A DNA stretch of 64,000 nt. Source: Candidatus Minusculum obligatum. Lineage in GTDB: Bacteria > Patescibacteriota > Minisyncoccia > Phycocordibacterales > Phycocordibacteraceae. The notes beneath the pieces are model-generated. The model saw only the letters and a list, made by a program, of their open reading frames with translations, was not told the origin of the DNA and made no database searches. Below, in pieces: positions 50,101 to 59,128 of the stretch. The first letter of the stretch is position 1, and each line of letters starts with the position of its first letter. The stretch is taken from NCBI GenBank assembly GCA_045401155.1, contig CP174360.1, positions 159,035 to 223,034 of the forward strand. Direction: 5' to 3'. Position numbers and translations under genes: made by a program.

Positions 50101-50791
50101 TAATTGGTACGCTGAGATGTTGATGGACGGAGATGCTGGAAAGATCACGAAAAAACAAAGTGAATATTTGGATGAAATATATAAAGGCAATCAGCGAATG
50201 ATTGATTTGGTAAATGCATTGCTAAATGTTTCTCGCATTGAGTTAGGTACATTTTCTGTAGAGCCAGAGGAAATGAATGTAAATGACATTGTAAATGACG
50301 TACTAAAAGAAATAAAAACTTCAGTTGATGAGCGTGACATTCATCTCTCAGTCGGCACAAAGAAGCTTGCAACCATGGTTGCTGACCCGCAACTTGTTCG
50401 CATGGTGGTAACTAACCTGCTTACAAATGCGGTGAAGTACACCCCTGAGGGCGGTGAAGTTACGGTGCGCACAGACATGGTGTCTTCTGGAGAAGAGGTG
50501 CACGGCAAAAAGGCTAAAGAAGAATCAGTGCTTCTTTCTGTTTCAGATACGGGATATGGAATTCCAGAGAATCAAAAAAAAGAAATATTTAAAAAACTCT
50601 TCCGTGCAGATAATGTACAGCGCCGAGACACAAAGGGTACGGGTCTGGGACTATATATTGCAAAGTCAATTGTAGACTTAGCGCAAGGAGAGATTTGGTT
50701 TGATTCTGTAGAAGATAAAGGAACAACATTCTATGTATTGCTTCCTATACACGGCATGGAAAAGAAAGAGGGAAGTAAGCGTATTTCCTAA
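47114..50791 (+). CDS. multi-domain sensor histidine kinase: extracytoplasmic N-terminal domain, polytopic TM region, CHASE-like domain, PAS, HisKA, HATPase_c
   Basis: CHASE-like segment (LSIYANTLAGGVGLF...AFGYDMFSEQNRRLAMQRARDSG), PAS (LLGSIGEGVVAVSMTGEIMFVN), H-box (SEFVSLASHQLRTPLSAI), N/G boxes (LLTNAVKYT, DTGYGIP, GTGLGLYIAKSIV). Confidence 0.85.
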   Translation: MKFRFLTSATVPIWYKTALVAIPIFIFLWSVFLTPFLTALPKDFSYEADISSVDNFYDETIGEYLGEEYSVTTFSYNAERSLSGVLDITHTFNVRTQAGEPIFSVERMYGIDRFTQEHVSGFGDADRYGYLFAPKFLDESKEFTYWHINYDAPAQMEFVAVEKILGLEVLRYHSSYEGEWIDQTENLAYLPGVPEERGVVVEPELTIWVEPVSGHLVKYEDETIAYYYDQETKEKIVPWNRFSNTLTEQSVRTHVASAQDAKTKNLFYVWYVPLLLGLLWAGLIVFGKTVISEFVQKYIHSKVIIPIAGGFLMLSAGVVLVDWALQLGAVFQIFSSGAGMNPLTALTFFIIGLALVFLSQKKMKIVFVLTGGVIFIPILNVLSLTNTIPIDVDLILFRDAIESAGVLSRMSWFTTINFIFLGISGLALQDFPRRIKQFFSFLPFGTLAAALLAIVGYIAKDLALLELIVFSGVGLNTAILFIVVSIVALYIYGFRISRTSGLLFSVFFTTLFISTIMYSYVVSISAQKLDVLFSVETAAVQDTIRDRLSIYANTLAGGVGLFNASNAVSREEWRAYVEAISVQENYPGIQGVGYAVVVEDEQALIEEVRNEGFPEFSVYPESDEELRTSIIYLEPFDFRNQRAFGYDMFSEQNRRLAMQRARDSGLPKISDKITLLQETESDVQAGFLMYLPVYKKGDTPIDSIDSRRAGIEGFVYAPFRMNDFMGGMQNTFDNELAFRMFSGTEADIDQLLYAQNGSAFTGVGGDEGVYSTVFYAAGQPWLIQFKQLPFFGEGVRDTILPPFIAAVGIIVSLLATLILYALLSSRERALAYAERITQNLKLSKDQLLEAKTQTEALLGSIGEGVVAVSMTGEIMFVNDYVENFFGRKGEEFKGQKLFDVVDVADENGKEVPLESWSVYRAIKTKKRVVETRHMVRLDGGEFKPVSITTSPIIVNDKPVGAVAVFRDITQERAIDRAKSEFVSLASHQLRTPLSAINWYAEMLMDGDAGKITKKQSEYLDEIYKGNQRMIDLVNALLNVSRIELGTFSVEPEEMNVNDIVNDVLKEIKTSVDERDIHLSVGTKKLATMVADPQLVRMVVTNLLTNAVKYTPEGGEVTVRTDMVSSGEEVHGKKAKEESVLLSVSDTGYGIPENQKKEIFKKLFRADNVQRRDTKGTGLGLYIAKSIVDLAQGEIWFDSVEDKGTTFYVLLPIHGMEKKEGSKRIS

Positions 50792-50807
50792 GGTATAGTG
50801 TAGATAT

Positions 50808-51188
50808 ATGAAGAAAACAATACTTGTTGTAGAAGATGAATTTCCACTTCTGGATGCTATTACGGAAATGCTTGAAAAGAAGGGGTACGCTGTTGCTTCA
50901 GCACGAAGCGCCAAAGAGGTATTTGAGCTTCTAGAAGATCTCCCAGGACTTGCAGCAGTATGGCTTGATCACTACATTCTAGGAAGAGAGAATGGGCTTG
51001 ATATTGTTGCACGGATGAAGCAAGAGCCTAGTTGGAAAAACATTCCAATATTTGTAGTCTCAAATACTGCCACAGACGATAAGGTTACTTCGTATATACA
51101 GCTTGGTGTAGAGAAGTTTTATGTAAAATCAGAGGCAAAGATTCACGATATTATTGAAGAAATTCACACAGTGATTAACTCAGCGTAG
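50808..51188 (+). CDS. stand-alone response-regulator receiver (CheY-like) protein 1
   Basis: ILVVEDE...AVWLDHYI...K; receiver domain only. Confidence 0.8.
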   Translation: MKKTILVVEDEFPLLDAITEMLEKKGYAVASARSAKEVFELLEDLPGLAAVWLDHYILGRENGLDIVARMKQEPSWKNIPIFVVSNTATDDKVTSYIQLGVEKFYVKSEAKIHDIIEEIHTVINSA

Positions 51189-51190
51189 CT

Positions 51191-51553
51191 ATGAAAATTC
51201 TTATTGTAGAAGACGAGACACCACTTTTAGAAGCACTTTCTACAAAGTTGTCTGGTGCGGGGCATGATATATGTATCGCAAAAGATGGTGTAGAGGGAGT
51301 TACGACAGCGTTTTCAGAGCGTCCAGATATTGTATTGCTCGACATTAAGATGCCAAGAAAAGATGGACTTCAAATGCTTAAAGAGCTTCGAGAAGGTGAG
51401 TGGGGTAAGGAGGTAAGAGTGATTGTTCTTACCAACTTAAACGATCCAGAGCATATTGCAGACATGCTTGAGGCAGGAGCAAATGAGTATTTGGTGAAGA
51501 CAGAGTGGAAATTAAATGAGCTGTTGGATCATCTTGTAGAGAAGGTTTCTTAA
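51191..51553 (+). CDS. stand-alone response-regulator receiver (CheY-like) protein 2
   Basis: ILIVEDE...IVLLDIKMPRKDGLQML. Confidence 0.85.
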   Translation: MKILIVEDETPLLEALSTKLSGAGHDICIAKDGVEGVTTAFSERPDIVLLDIKMPRKDGLQMLKELREGEWGKEVRVIVLTNLNDPEHIADMLEAGANEYLVKTEWKLNELLDHLVEKVS

Positions 51554-51597
51554 CAGGGCGCAACAAGAGCGTCTCTTTTTAAAGCTATACTAGACAT

Positions 51598-51966
51598 ATG
51601 GATGCAAAGAAAAAAATTCTGATCGCAGAAGATGAGAAACCTTTGGCAGAAGCACTTTCTACAAAGTTGTCTAATGCGGGGTATGAGGTAGATGTTGCAG
51701 GAGATGGAAGTGTTGCATGTGAGCGCATGAACAATGGTGCATATGATATGGCTATAGTAGATCTTGTAATGCCTGAGAAAGATGGATTTGCAGTACTCGA
51801 AGAAATGAAAGAAAAAGGGATTACAACACCAATTATTGTTGTATCAAACTTAGCACAAGAGGTAGATAAGGAGCGTGCCCTGGCGCTTGGCGCAGAGGCT
51901 TATTTTGTAAAATCAAACACGCCACTTTCTCAGCTTGTTGAGGAGGTAAAAAAGCGTGTTTCCTAA
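51598..51966 (+). CDS. stand-alone response-regulator receiver (CheY-like) protein 3
   Basis: ILIAEDE...MAIVDLVMPEKDGFAVL. Confidence 0.85.
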   Translation: MDAKKKILIAEDEKPLAEALSTKLSNAGYEVDVAGDGSVACERMNNGAYDMAIVDLVMPEKDGFAVLEEMKEKGITTPIIVVSNLAQEVDKERALALGAEAYFVKSNTPLSQLVEEVKKRVS

Positions 51967-51972
51967 CACCAC

Positions 51973-53622
51973 ATGAAAGGAGCACCGCAGTACTCTCTAG
52001 AAGAGGCGCAAAGTATTTTTGTTAATGGAGGGTATGTGTCTCCAGAGAATTTTGCATTGGTAGAAAAAGAGGCGGATGTGGTGGGCGCATTAGTGCGTAA
52101 AAATATTTTAACTCCTGACCTCGTGGGACAAGCAATTGCTGAACATGCAGCTGTAAATTACGCAGACATTAATTCAAATGGTGTCGCGCACGGTTGGCAT
52201 GAGAAAATTTCTGAAGAAGATGCACGCGTATATCGTTTTGTAATTTTTTCTGTAGCGCCGAAAAAGCGTCATGTTATTGCCGCAACTGATACATTAAAAA
52301 ACCGCACAGAAATTGTTACGTCTGTAAAGAAGGGATATCCAGGGCATACCATTGAGGTTGCATATGGACTTACTTCAGATATTGATAATGCATTTAAGGT
52401 GTATCAAAAGCCATTGCAAAGTCGTTTAAAAGAGATTCTTTCTCAAGAGTCTAAGCGTGTATCAACGAGTCTTGATGAAATTTTAAAGGAGGCGCTTGAT
52501 CGCAATGTGTCAGATATTCATTTTGAGCCTCGAAAGGAGAAGGTCTCTATTCGTTTTCGTATTGACGGTGTGCTTTCTATAGTCGGAGAGGTTTCAGACG
52601 AGTACTACAAGAGTATGGTCAACCGTATTAAGATCTTGGCGGGGCTTCGTATTGACGAGCATACTAAAACACAAGATGGATCAATTCGTACAGCAGACGC
52701 GGCGGGAGATCCGGTTGACCTTCGTGTATCTGTGGCACCAACTATTTCAGGAGAAAAAGTGGTGATTCGTGTGCTTTCTAAGTACACCGAGCGCAGTTAT
52801 CTTGAAGATCTTGGTTTTACTGAGAAGCAGGCTGCTGTAATTATGGCTGCTGCAGAGAATCCGCTTGGATTTATTGTGGTATCAGGCCCCACTGGGTCAG
52901 GTAAGACAACAACGCTTCATACACTACTTTCCGCAATTGCATCTCCAGAGATAAATATTACGACAATTGAGGATCCGGTTGAGTATCGCCTTAAGGATGC
53001 GAATCAGATTCAGGTAAATGAAGCGCAAGGCATAACTTTTGCAAAAGGGCTTCGCTCTATTGTGCGTCAGGACCCAGATGTGATTTTGGTAGGAGAGGTT
53101 CGGGATATTGAGACTGCAGAAATTAGTATTAATGCAGCACTTACCGGACACCGTGTGTTTACCACATTCCACGCAAGTAGTGCGTCTATTACGATTCCAC
53201 GACTTCTTGATATGGGTGTAGAGGAATTTCTTCTAAGCTCTACGCTTTCTGTGGTGGTGGGACAGCGACTAGTGCGTAAGCTTTGTTCTGAGTGTCGCTT
53301 TAGTTACCAGGTGCCGCTTAAAGATATTCCGATTGAAAAGCCGAATAGATTCTTTTTTGCAAAACAAACACTCTATGATGCAAAAGGGTGTGCGGCATGT
53401 GGTGGTACGGGGTATCGAGGGCGTATTGCAGTTGCTGAAGTATTGCAAGTTTCAGATGGACTTCGGAATTTAATATTACAAAAAGCAGATGCAGGTGCGC
53501 TTGAGAGCCAAGCTATACAAGATGGTATGGATACCATGTTCATTTCAGGTATTGAGAAGGTGAAGAGAGGAGAAACATCTCTTGCTGAGCTTCTGCGTGT
53601 GGTAACGCCTCCAGATGCGTAG
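51973..53622 (+). CDS. pilB: type IV pilus assembly ATPase PilB (GspE family)
   Basis: N-terminal GspE_N-like domain, Walker A GPTGSGKTTTLHTLL, and a CxxC...CxxC tetracysteine. Confidence 0.9.
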   Translation: MKGAPQYSLEEAQSIFVNGGYVSPENFALVEKEADVVGALVRKNILTPDLVGQAIAEHAAVNYADINSNGVAHGWHEKISEEDARVYRFVIFSVAPKKRHVIAATDTLKNRTEIVTSVKKGYPGHTIEVAYGLTSDIDNAFKVYQKPLQSRLKEILSQESKRVSTSLDEILKEALDRNVSDIHFEPRKEKVSIRFRIDGVLSIVGEVSDEYYKSMVNRIKILAGLRIDEHTKTQDGSIRTADAAGDPVDLRVSVAPTISGEKVVIRVLSKYTERSYLEDLGFTEKQAAVIMAAAENPLGFIVVSGPTGSGKTTTLHTLLSAIASPEINITTIEDPVEYRLKDANQIQVNEAQGITFAKGLRSIVRQDPDVILVGEVRDIETAEISINAALTGHRVFTTFHASSASITIPRLLDMGVEEFLLSSTLSVVVGQRLVRKLCSECRFSYQVPLKDIPIEKPNRFFFAKQTLYDAKGCAACGGTGYRGRIAVAEVLQVSDGLRNLILQKADAGALESQAIQDGMDTMFISGIEKVKRGETSLAELLRVVTPPDA

Positions 53623-54721
53623 TATGAAAAAAGCTTCTTCAGAGAAAAAGAGAATTATTGCGAGTCTTAAAAATGCTGGCCTACAAGATGCGGTGTACTT
53701 ATTTTTTGATGAGCTTACAGCACTCATGCGTGCAGGAATTACAGTTACAAGAGCTGTGGGAAGCATTAAAGAATCTACACCTTCAAGGCGACTGCGTAAG
53801 ATTCTTGGGAGAGTGGAACAGTCACTTATTGAGGGAGCAACATTATCTGAAGCGCTTTCAGCTGAGTACATCATTAATCCACGTATCAAGACGCTGCTTG
53901 ATGTAGGAGAGCGTTCAGGAAATTTAATTGCAAATCTTGAAGCCATTACACTTCAAAATGAAAAGGAGGTGCTCTTTCGTGGGGCGGTACGATCTTCTCT
54001 GTTGTATGTGGTGATTGTAATGACCGTGTCTCTTGGAGTTGGTATTGCAACCCCATGGATCATTTTGCCGCAGCTAACGGCATTCTTTAGCACCTTTGAT
54101 GCAGATCTTCCTGGCATTACATTATTCTTGATTGGTACCGGGCAATTCTTCACAGATTATGGAGTGTTTGTATTTCCGGCACTCGCAGTGTTTCTTATTC
54201 TTATTTTGTACTTTCTTTTCTCATTCCCAAAGACACGATTTATTGGGCACTCAGTTCTTTTCCATCTACCACTTTCGCACCGCCTGATTAAGGAGGCAGA
54301 GATTGCACGCTTTAGTTATCTGCTTGGTACGCAGCTTCGTGCGGGCATTTCGATTATGGATGCACTTGAGGTGATGCCATCTACAACAACATATGCAAAC
54401 TACAGAAGATTTTATATGACGGTATTAGATCGGGTGAAGGAAGGGTATTCGTTTTCAGAGGCGGTGCTATATGCGGATCCAAAGAAAAAGTTATTGAGCA
54501 GTAGCGTGGTACAGCTTGTCTCAGCAGGGGAGCAATCAGGATCTCTTTCAGATATGTTGCTGAAGGTTGGGGAGACATATGAGAATCGTGTGCAGCAAAC
54601 TGCTAAGAGTATTCCAACATTGCTTGAGCCAATTATGTTGGTGCTTGTGGGGGCGATTGTGGCAGTGATTGCGCTCGGGGTCGTGCTGCCGGTTTACAAT
54701 CTTTCAGAAATTATAAAGTAG
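53615..54721 (+). CDS. pilC: type IV pilus inner-membrane platform protein PilC (GspF family)
   Basis: Two GspF repeats and 3 TM helices; the C-terminus 'LLEPIMLVLVGAIVAVIALGVVLPVYNL' is typical. Confidence 0.85.
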   Translation: MRSMKKASSEKKRIIASLKNAGLQDAVYLFFDELTALMRAGITVTRAVGSIKESTPSRRLRKILGRVEQSLIEGATLSEALSAEYIINPRIKTLLDVGERSGNLIANLEAITLQNEKEVLFRGAVRSSLLYVVIVMTVSLGVGIATPWIILPQLTAFFSTFDADLPGITLFLIGTGQFFTDYGVFVFPALAVFLILILYFLFSFPKTRFIGHSVLFHLPLSHRLIKEAEIARFSYLLGTQLRAGISIMDALEVMPSTTTYANYRRFYMTVLDRVKEGYSFSEAVLYADPKKKLLSSSVVQLVSAGEQSGSLSDMLLKVGETYENRVQQTAKSIPTLLEPIMLVLVGAIVAVIALGVVLPVYNLSEIIK

Positions 54722-54722
54722 T

Positions 54723-55499
54723 ATGCGCGGGTTCTTGCTCATAGAAGGAGTCATTGCTGCTGCACTGACACTTTTAATTAGTGCTGCGATTGCAGGGGTG
54801 TATGTGAGCACAAGTAAGGTGCATGAGGAGGAGATTGTAGATGCGGCACTTCTATCTTCTGCAGAAGCCGGTCTCTCTATTGCACGCAGTATTAGAGACT
54901 TAGATTCAGAGAATTTTCCTATAGGCACATTTGGTGTTGCGAGTACTACAGGGTCGTGGAGCTTTTCAGGAAGTTCTGATGTGAGTAATGGTATTAGTCG
55001 CAGTGTGGTGGTGAGCAGTGTAGATGAAAATACGTTCAAGGTTATTTCAACTGCTAGTAGTGGAAGCAGGAGTAAGAGTTTGAGTACATATTTTTCACGT
55101 TGGCGTGAGGAGGTTGTAAGTGAGGGCACGCTTGTGCTTGATGTAAGTGCTGCGTCTGTTGGTGGTTCAAAAAATGCAGTGCTTTCAGGTATTACGATTG
55201 AAAATACAGGAGGTGCAGAGGTTGAGATTGATACGGCAGTTATTACGTGGACGGGGAATCGTCGTGTAAGTTCAGTTACGATTGATGGGGTAGATTTCTG
55301 GACTGCAGGGGGAGTGGGTTCTCCAAATGGAAATCAAACAAGCGGTACTGTACTTGATGGCACAGATATTGCGATAGCTGCGGGAGATACCGTGCCAATG
55401 GCCGTCACCTTTAATAATAAAGTAAGCGGAGAGACGTTTAGTGTCACACTTAATTTAGTTGGTGGAGGAAGTGTTAGTTCAGGAAGTTTTACACCATGA
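54723..55499 (+). CDS. type IV pilin/pseudopilin-like protein (class III signal: MRG|FLLIE)
   Basis: Prepilin cleavage motif G-F-x-x-x-E followed by a hydrophobic helix; Ser/Thr/Gly-rich globular part. Confidence 0.65.
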   Translation: MRGFLLIEGVIAAALTLLISAAIAGVYVSTSKVHEEEIVDAALLSSAEAGLSIARSIRDLDSENFPIGTFGVASTTGSWSFSGSSDVSNGISRSVVVSSVDENTFKVISTASSGSRSKSLSTYFSRWREEVVSEGTLVLDVSAASVGGSKNAVLSGITIENTGGAEVEIDTAVITWTGNRRVSSVTIDGVDFWTAGGVGSPNGNQTSGTVLDGTDIAIAAGDTVPMAVTFNNKVSGETFSVTLNLVGGGSVSSGSFTP

Positions 55500-55927
55500 G
55501 TAGAGGATTCACATTAATTGAACTTATTGTTTACATTGCACTGATGAGCATTGTCTTTGGCGCACTTGCGAGTTTAGTGGTGTCAGGGAATCGTGGGGTT
55601 ACAGGTCGTGAGCAGGTAGATGATGTGTACGTAGCGCAGGCTCGTATTATGAAGAGTATTAGAGATGACGTAGATGATAGTTCTAGTGTGAGTGCTCCAG
55701 GAGGTAATTTGCAGCTTGCTACAAGTGGTGGGTCTGTCACGTACACGGTTGCAGGAGGAGAGTTTCGCAGAGGTGCAGATGTGATCTCACCTCCAAGTGT
55801 TGTGGTGTCTGATTTTTCTGCGGAGGTATTTAATAGCAAGGGAGTGTCTGTATCGATGAGGCTTACGCACGTAGATGATAGTGAGGAGGTTCTATATATA
55901 GAGAATGCATTTGTATTGTATGAATAA
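55496..55927 (+). CDS. type IV pilin (prepilin motif MSRG|FTLIELIVYIALMSIV)
   Basis: Canonical GFTLIE N-terminus. Confidence 0.7.
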   Translation: MSRGFTLIELIVYIALMSIVFGALASLVVSGNRGVTGREQVDDVYVAQARIMKSIRDDVDDSSSVSAPGGNLQLATSGGSVTYTVAGGEFRRGADVISPPSVVVSDFSAEVFNSKGVSVSMRLTHVDDSEEVLYIENAFVLYE

Positions 55928-56279
55928 AGGATTTACCACAACCTTCATATTAGTTATCGTCATGGCATTTACGTTAGCGGGAGTGCTCGCGGTTGCGACG
56001 CGTACAGTCTCAGTACTTAAGTACGATCGGGTTGTAAGTACTAGAGCTCAGGCGGTATTCTCAGCGCATGCTTGTGCTGAGGCGGGATTGCTTTCGGTTA
56101 GAGATGGCGGAAGTACATCAGGGAGCATAAGTGATGGTGCTATTTCTTGTTCATATAATGTAAGCGGTACTACAGTTGCCGCTACAGGGGCTGCAGGCGG
56201 TGTTTCAAAAAGCGTAAGTGTTTCTTTTGTCGAAGGGAATCCGCTCAGCGTAAGCTCATTTACAGGTCTTAAGTGGTAG
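55920..56279 (+). CDS. minor pilin-like protein (MNKGFTTTFILVIV...; lacks Glu5)
   Basis: Pilin-like hydrophobic N-terminus at a pilin-cluster position. Confidence 0.4.
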   Translation: MNKGFTTTFILVIVMAFTLAGVLAVATRTVSVLKYDRVVSTRAQAVFSAHACAEAGLLSVRDGGSTSGSISDGAISCSYNVSGTTVAATGAAGGVSKSVSVSFVEGNPLSVSSFTGLKW

Positions 56280-56289
56280 AATTATACAT

Positions 56290-56358
56290 ATGCGAACACT
56301 CATGATTCTTCTCATTATTGTTGCGTTTGCGGCGGCGGTGTATTTGTTGCTGTACTAG
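56290..56358 (+). CDS. possible 22-aa hydrophobic micro-protein (MRTLMILLIIVAFAAAVYLLLY)
   Basis: Short ORF between the last pilin-like gene and murC. Purely sequence-derived. Confidence 0.2.
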   Translation: MRTLMILLIIVAFAAAVYLLLY

Positions 56359-56391
56359 AGTAATTTTTATTTTTCTATACACTTGGGGTAT

Positions 56392-57672
56392 ATGGATGGT
56401 TTTAAGAAAGTATATTTTGTTGGTATTGGAGGAGCCGGCATGTCTGCGCTTGCGGGACTTCTTTCGCAAAAGGGTGTTTTAGTATTTGGATCAGATAGGG
56501 AGAAGGGAAAGAATACAGATCTTCTAGAAGAGAAAGGAGTTACGGTGTTTGAAGGACATGATGCAGATAATGTCCCAGAGGATATTGATCTGTTGGTGTA
56601 TTCAGATGCGGTCCCAGAGGATAATGTGGAGCGTGTAAAAGCACGGGAGCTTGGGGTTACAGAGCTTTCGTACTTTGGTGCACTGGGTGAAGTTTCAAAA
56701 GAATATAAAACCATTGCAATTGCAGGTACGCATGGGAAGACTACAACAACCGCCATGCTTGCAGGCATGCTCTCTCACATAGATCCAACGGTAATTGTTG
56801 GAAGCATCATGAAAGAGACGGGCACAAATGTTGTTCTTGGGAAGAGTGCATATTTGTTAGTTGAGGCATGCGAGTACAATGATCATTTCCTAAACCTTTC
56901 TCCCACAGTATTGGCAATTACAAATATTGAGTTAGATCACACGGATTATTTTAAAGACATTGAACAGCTACTTGGTTCATATAAAAAACTTATCGCAAAG
57001 CTTCCGAAAGATGGCGCGCTTATTTTAAATACGGGAGGTGTATACGAGCAGAAGCTTATAAAAGATGCTCCATGTGAGGTGATTGATTATAAGGATATTG
57101 AAGTGCCAGAGCTCCTTGTTCCGGGTGCGTTTAATAAAGAAAATGCAAAAGTTGCACTTGCAACAGCAGATACACTAGATAAAAATCACGCACTACATGC
57201 ACAGAAGCTTTCTGAATTTACAGGTACCTGGCGTCGCTTTGAGTTTAAGGGAAAGACTCATAGTGGTGCGCTTGTGTATGATGATTACGCGCACCATCCA
57301 ACCGCAATAGAAAAGACGATTGTCGCTGCAAAAGAATCATATCCAGGGAAGAAGATTGTGGTGTTTTTCCACCCGCATCTGTACTCGCGTACGCGTGATT
57401 TCATGAAGGGATTTGCGCAAAGTCTTTCATTTGCAGATGAGGCCTTTATTGCACCAATCTTTCCAGCACGTGAAGAATTTGATGACGTTACAACAAATGC
57501 AAAGCTTGTAGAGGAAATTAAAAAAGCAGGAGGAAGTGCATCTGTTTTGGAAGGAAAAGAAATGCTGCAAAGTGTTATTGAAGAATTTGATGCAGATACG
57601 CTTATCTTTACGATGGGGGCGGGAGATATGTATACATGGATTCCTTCATATATATCCACGAATTTTGGGTAG
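56392..57672 (+). CDS. murC: UDP-N-acetylmuramate--L-alanine ligase
   Basis: KKVYFVGIGGAGMSALAGLL...IAIAGTHGKTTTTAML. Confidence 0.85.
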   Translation: MDGFKKVYFVGIGGAGMSALAGLLSQKGVLVFGSDREKGKNTDLLEEKGVTVFEGHDADNVPEDIDLLVYSDAVPEDNVERVKARELGVTELSYFGALGEVSKEYKTIAIAGTHGKTTTTAMLAGMLSHIDPTVIVGSIMKETGTNVVLGKSAYLLVEACEYNDHFLNLSPTVLAITNIELDHTDYFKDIEQLLGSYKKLIAKLPKDGALILNTGGVYEQKLIKDAPCEVIDYKDIEVPELLVPGAFNKENAKVALATADTLDKNHALHAQKLSEFTGTWRRFEFKGKTHSGALVYDDYAHHPTAIEKTIVAAKESYPGKKIVVFFHPHLYSRTRDFMKGFAQSLSFADEAFIAPIFPAREEFDDVTTNAKLVEEIKKAGGSASVLEGKEMLQSVIEEFDADTLIFTMGAGDMYTWIPSYISTNFG

Positions 57673-57710
57673 AGAGTAAAAATAGCGCTTATAAGCAAGG
57701 TACACTGTAG

Positions 57711-58229
57711 GTGATGAGAGAACTACAGCTTCTTGCAGTTGCTACATTCTTTGCCCTTATTGTTGGAGGAGGCCTATTTCTTTTGGTAAGTGGTGGTCTT
57801 TCAGATATTGGGTCTACATATAGGCCACAGTTTAAGACGGTTGCAAGTAGTGTTTCAGGTCCAACTGATGTGCTTACGTCTCGTAAGAACTATGTGTTTC
57901 GAGAGCAAGAAGACTTTGTTGCATTTTGGGAGCTTATATATGGAAATGATCCTGCTGCAACACGTCCTCCGGTTATTGCATTTGCACGGGATCATGCGAT
58001 TGCGGTTGTGGCGGGGGTTAAAAATACGGGAGGGTATGAAATTTATGTGCGTGATGTTATTGAAACTCCAGAAGAGCGTATTGTGGAGGTTGTTATGCGT
58101 TCTCCAGGAGAAGGGTGTCAGGTGACTGAAGCATTTACAAACCCATTCCAAATTATTTCAGTAAAGAAGACCGACAAGCCGCTTCGGGCAGTTGAGATTA
58201 AAGAGGAGTATAGTTGCGGAGTTCAGTAG
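57711..58229 (+). CDS. membrane-anchored PrcB_C-like domain protein
   Basis: N-terminal TM helix; 'VAGVKNTGGYEIYVRDVIE...IVEVVMRSPGEG' resembles the PrcB C-terminal domain. Confidence 0.4.
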   Translation: MMRELQLLAVATFFALIVGGGLFLLVSGGLSDIGSTYRPQFKTVASSVSGPTDVLTSRKNYVFREQEDFVAFWELIYGNDPAATRPPVIAFARDHAIAVVAGVKNTGGYEIYVRDVIETPEERIVEVVMRSPGEGCQVTEAFTNPFQIISVKKTDKPLRAVEIKEEYSCGVQ

Positions 58230-58248
58230 TTTTCTATAGGTTGTAAGT

Positions 58249-58923
58249 ATGGGAACGCTCTATGTTATTGCTACCCCAATTGGGAACCTGCACGATATAA
58301 GCGCACGGGCTATTTCTGTACTTAAAGAGGTGTATGTCATTGCCGCAGAGGATACACGGGTGAGTAAGAGGTTGCTTATGGAGTATGGGGTTAGTACACC
58401 GATGATCTCATACCATGCGCAAAGTAAAGACAGCGCACGAGATGGTATTGTGAAGCGCCTTGCAGAAGGAAATGATGTGGCGCTTATTACAGATGCCGGG
58501 ACTCCTGGCATTTCAGATCCTGGTACTGAGCTTGTACGCTTTGCACGGGATGCAGGTTTTTCAGTAGTTACGGTTCCAGGGCCGTCTGCATTAACTGCAG
58601 CACTTTCAATTGCCGGCATTCCTACAAATCAATTTACGTTCTTGGGATTCTTGCCGCACAAGAAGGGAAGAGAAACATTGTTTAAAGAGATTAGTGAGAG
58701 TGATCGGACTATGGTGTTTTATGAGTCTCCGCACAGGATTATGAAAACACTTCTTCGATTGTCTGAATTGCTCGGAGAAGATAAAAGAATTTCTATATTT
58801 CGAGAGCTTACAAAGATACATGAGGAGGTAGTCGAGGGTTCAGCTGCCGAAGTACTTCAGTATTTTGTAGAGAATGAAGAGCATATCCGAGGGGAATTTG
58901 TTGTCGCCGTTTCAAGCAAATAG
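58249..58923 (+). CDS. rsmI: 16S rRNA (cytidine1402-2'-O)-methyltransferase RsmI (tetrapyrrole-methylase fold)
   Basis: MGTLYVIATPIGNLHDISARAISVLKEVYVIAAEDTRVSKRLL. Confidence 0.85.
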   Translation: MGTLYVIATPIGNLHDISARAISVLKEVYVIAAEDTRVSKRLLMEYGVSTPMISYHAQSKDSARDGIVKRLAEGNDVALITDAGTPGISDPGTELVRFARDAGFSVVTVPGPSALTAALSIAGIPTNQFTFLGFLPHKKGRETLFKEISESDRTMVFYESPHRIMKTLLRLSELLGEDKRISIFRELTKIHEEVVEGSAAEVLQYFVENEEHIRGEFVVAVSSK

Positions 58924-58936
58924 TATAGTAGGGGTA

Positions 58937-59128
58937 ATGTATAGAACACTTCTTATTATTCTAATTGTCGCAATTATTCTGGTACCGTTTTCGGGTATTC
59001 CAGGGGGTGCGGAAGATATTTTGATGCAGGTACTTGCCGCTGTAGTACTTGCGCTTGTATTGCTCTTGCCTAAAAAAATGCAAAAGCAGGAGAAGGAAGT
59101 TGTAGCTGAAGAGACATATGGTGCGTAG
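58937..59128 (+). CDS. small hydrophobic membrane protein (63 aa)
   Basis: MYRTLLIILIVAIILVPFSGIPGG...; low confidence. Confidence 0.3.
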   Translation: MYRTLLIILIVAIILVPFSGIPGGAEDILMQVLAAVVLALVLLLPKKMQKQEKEVVAEETYGA

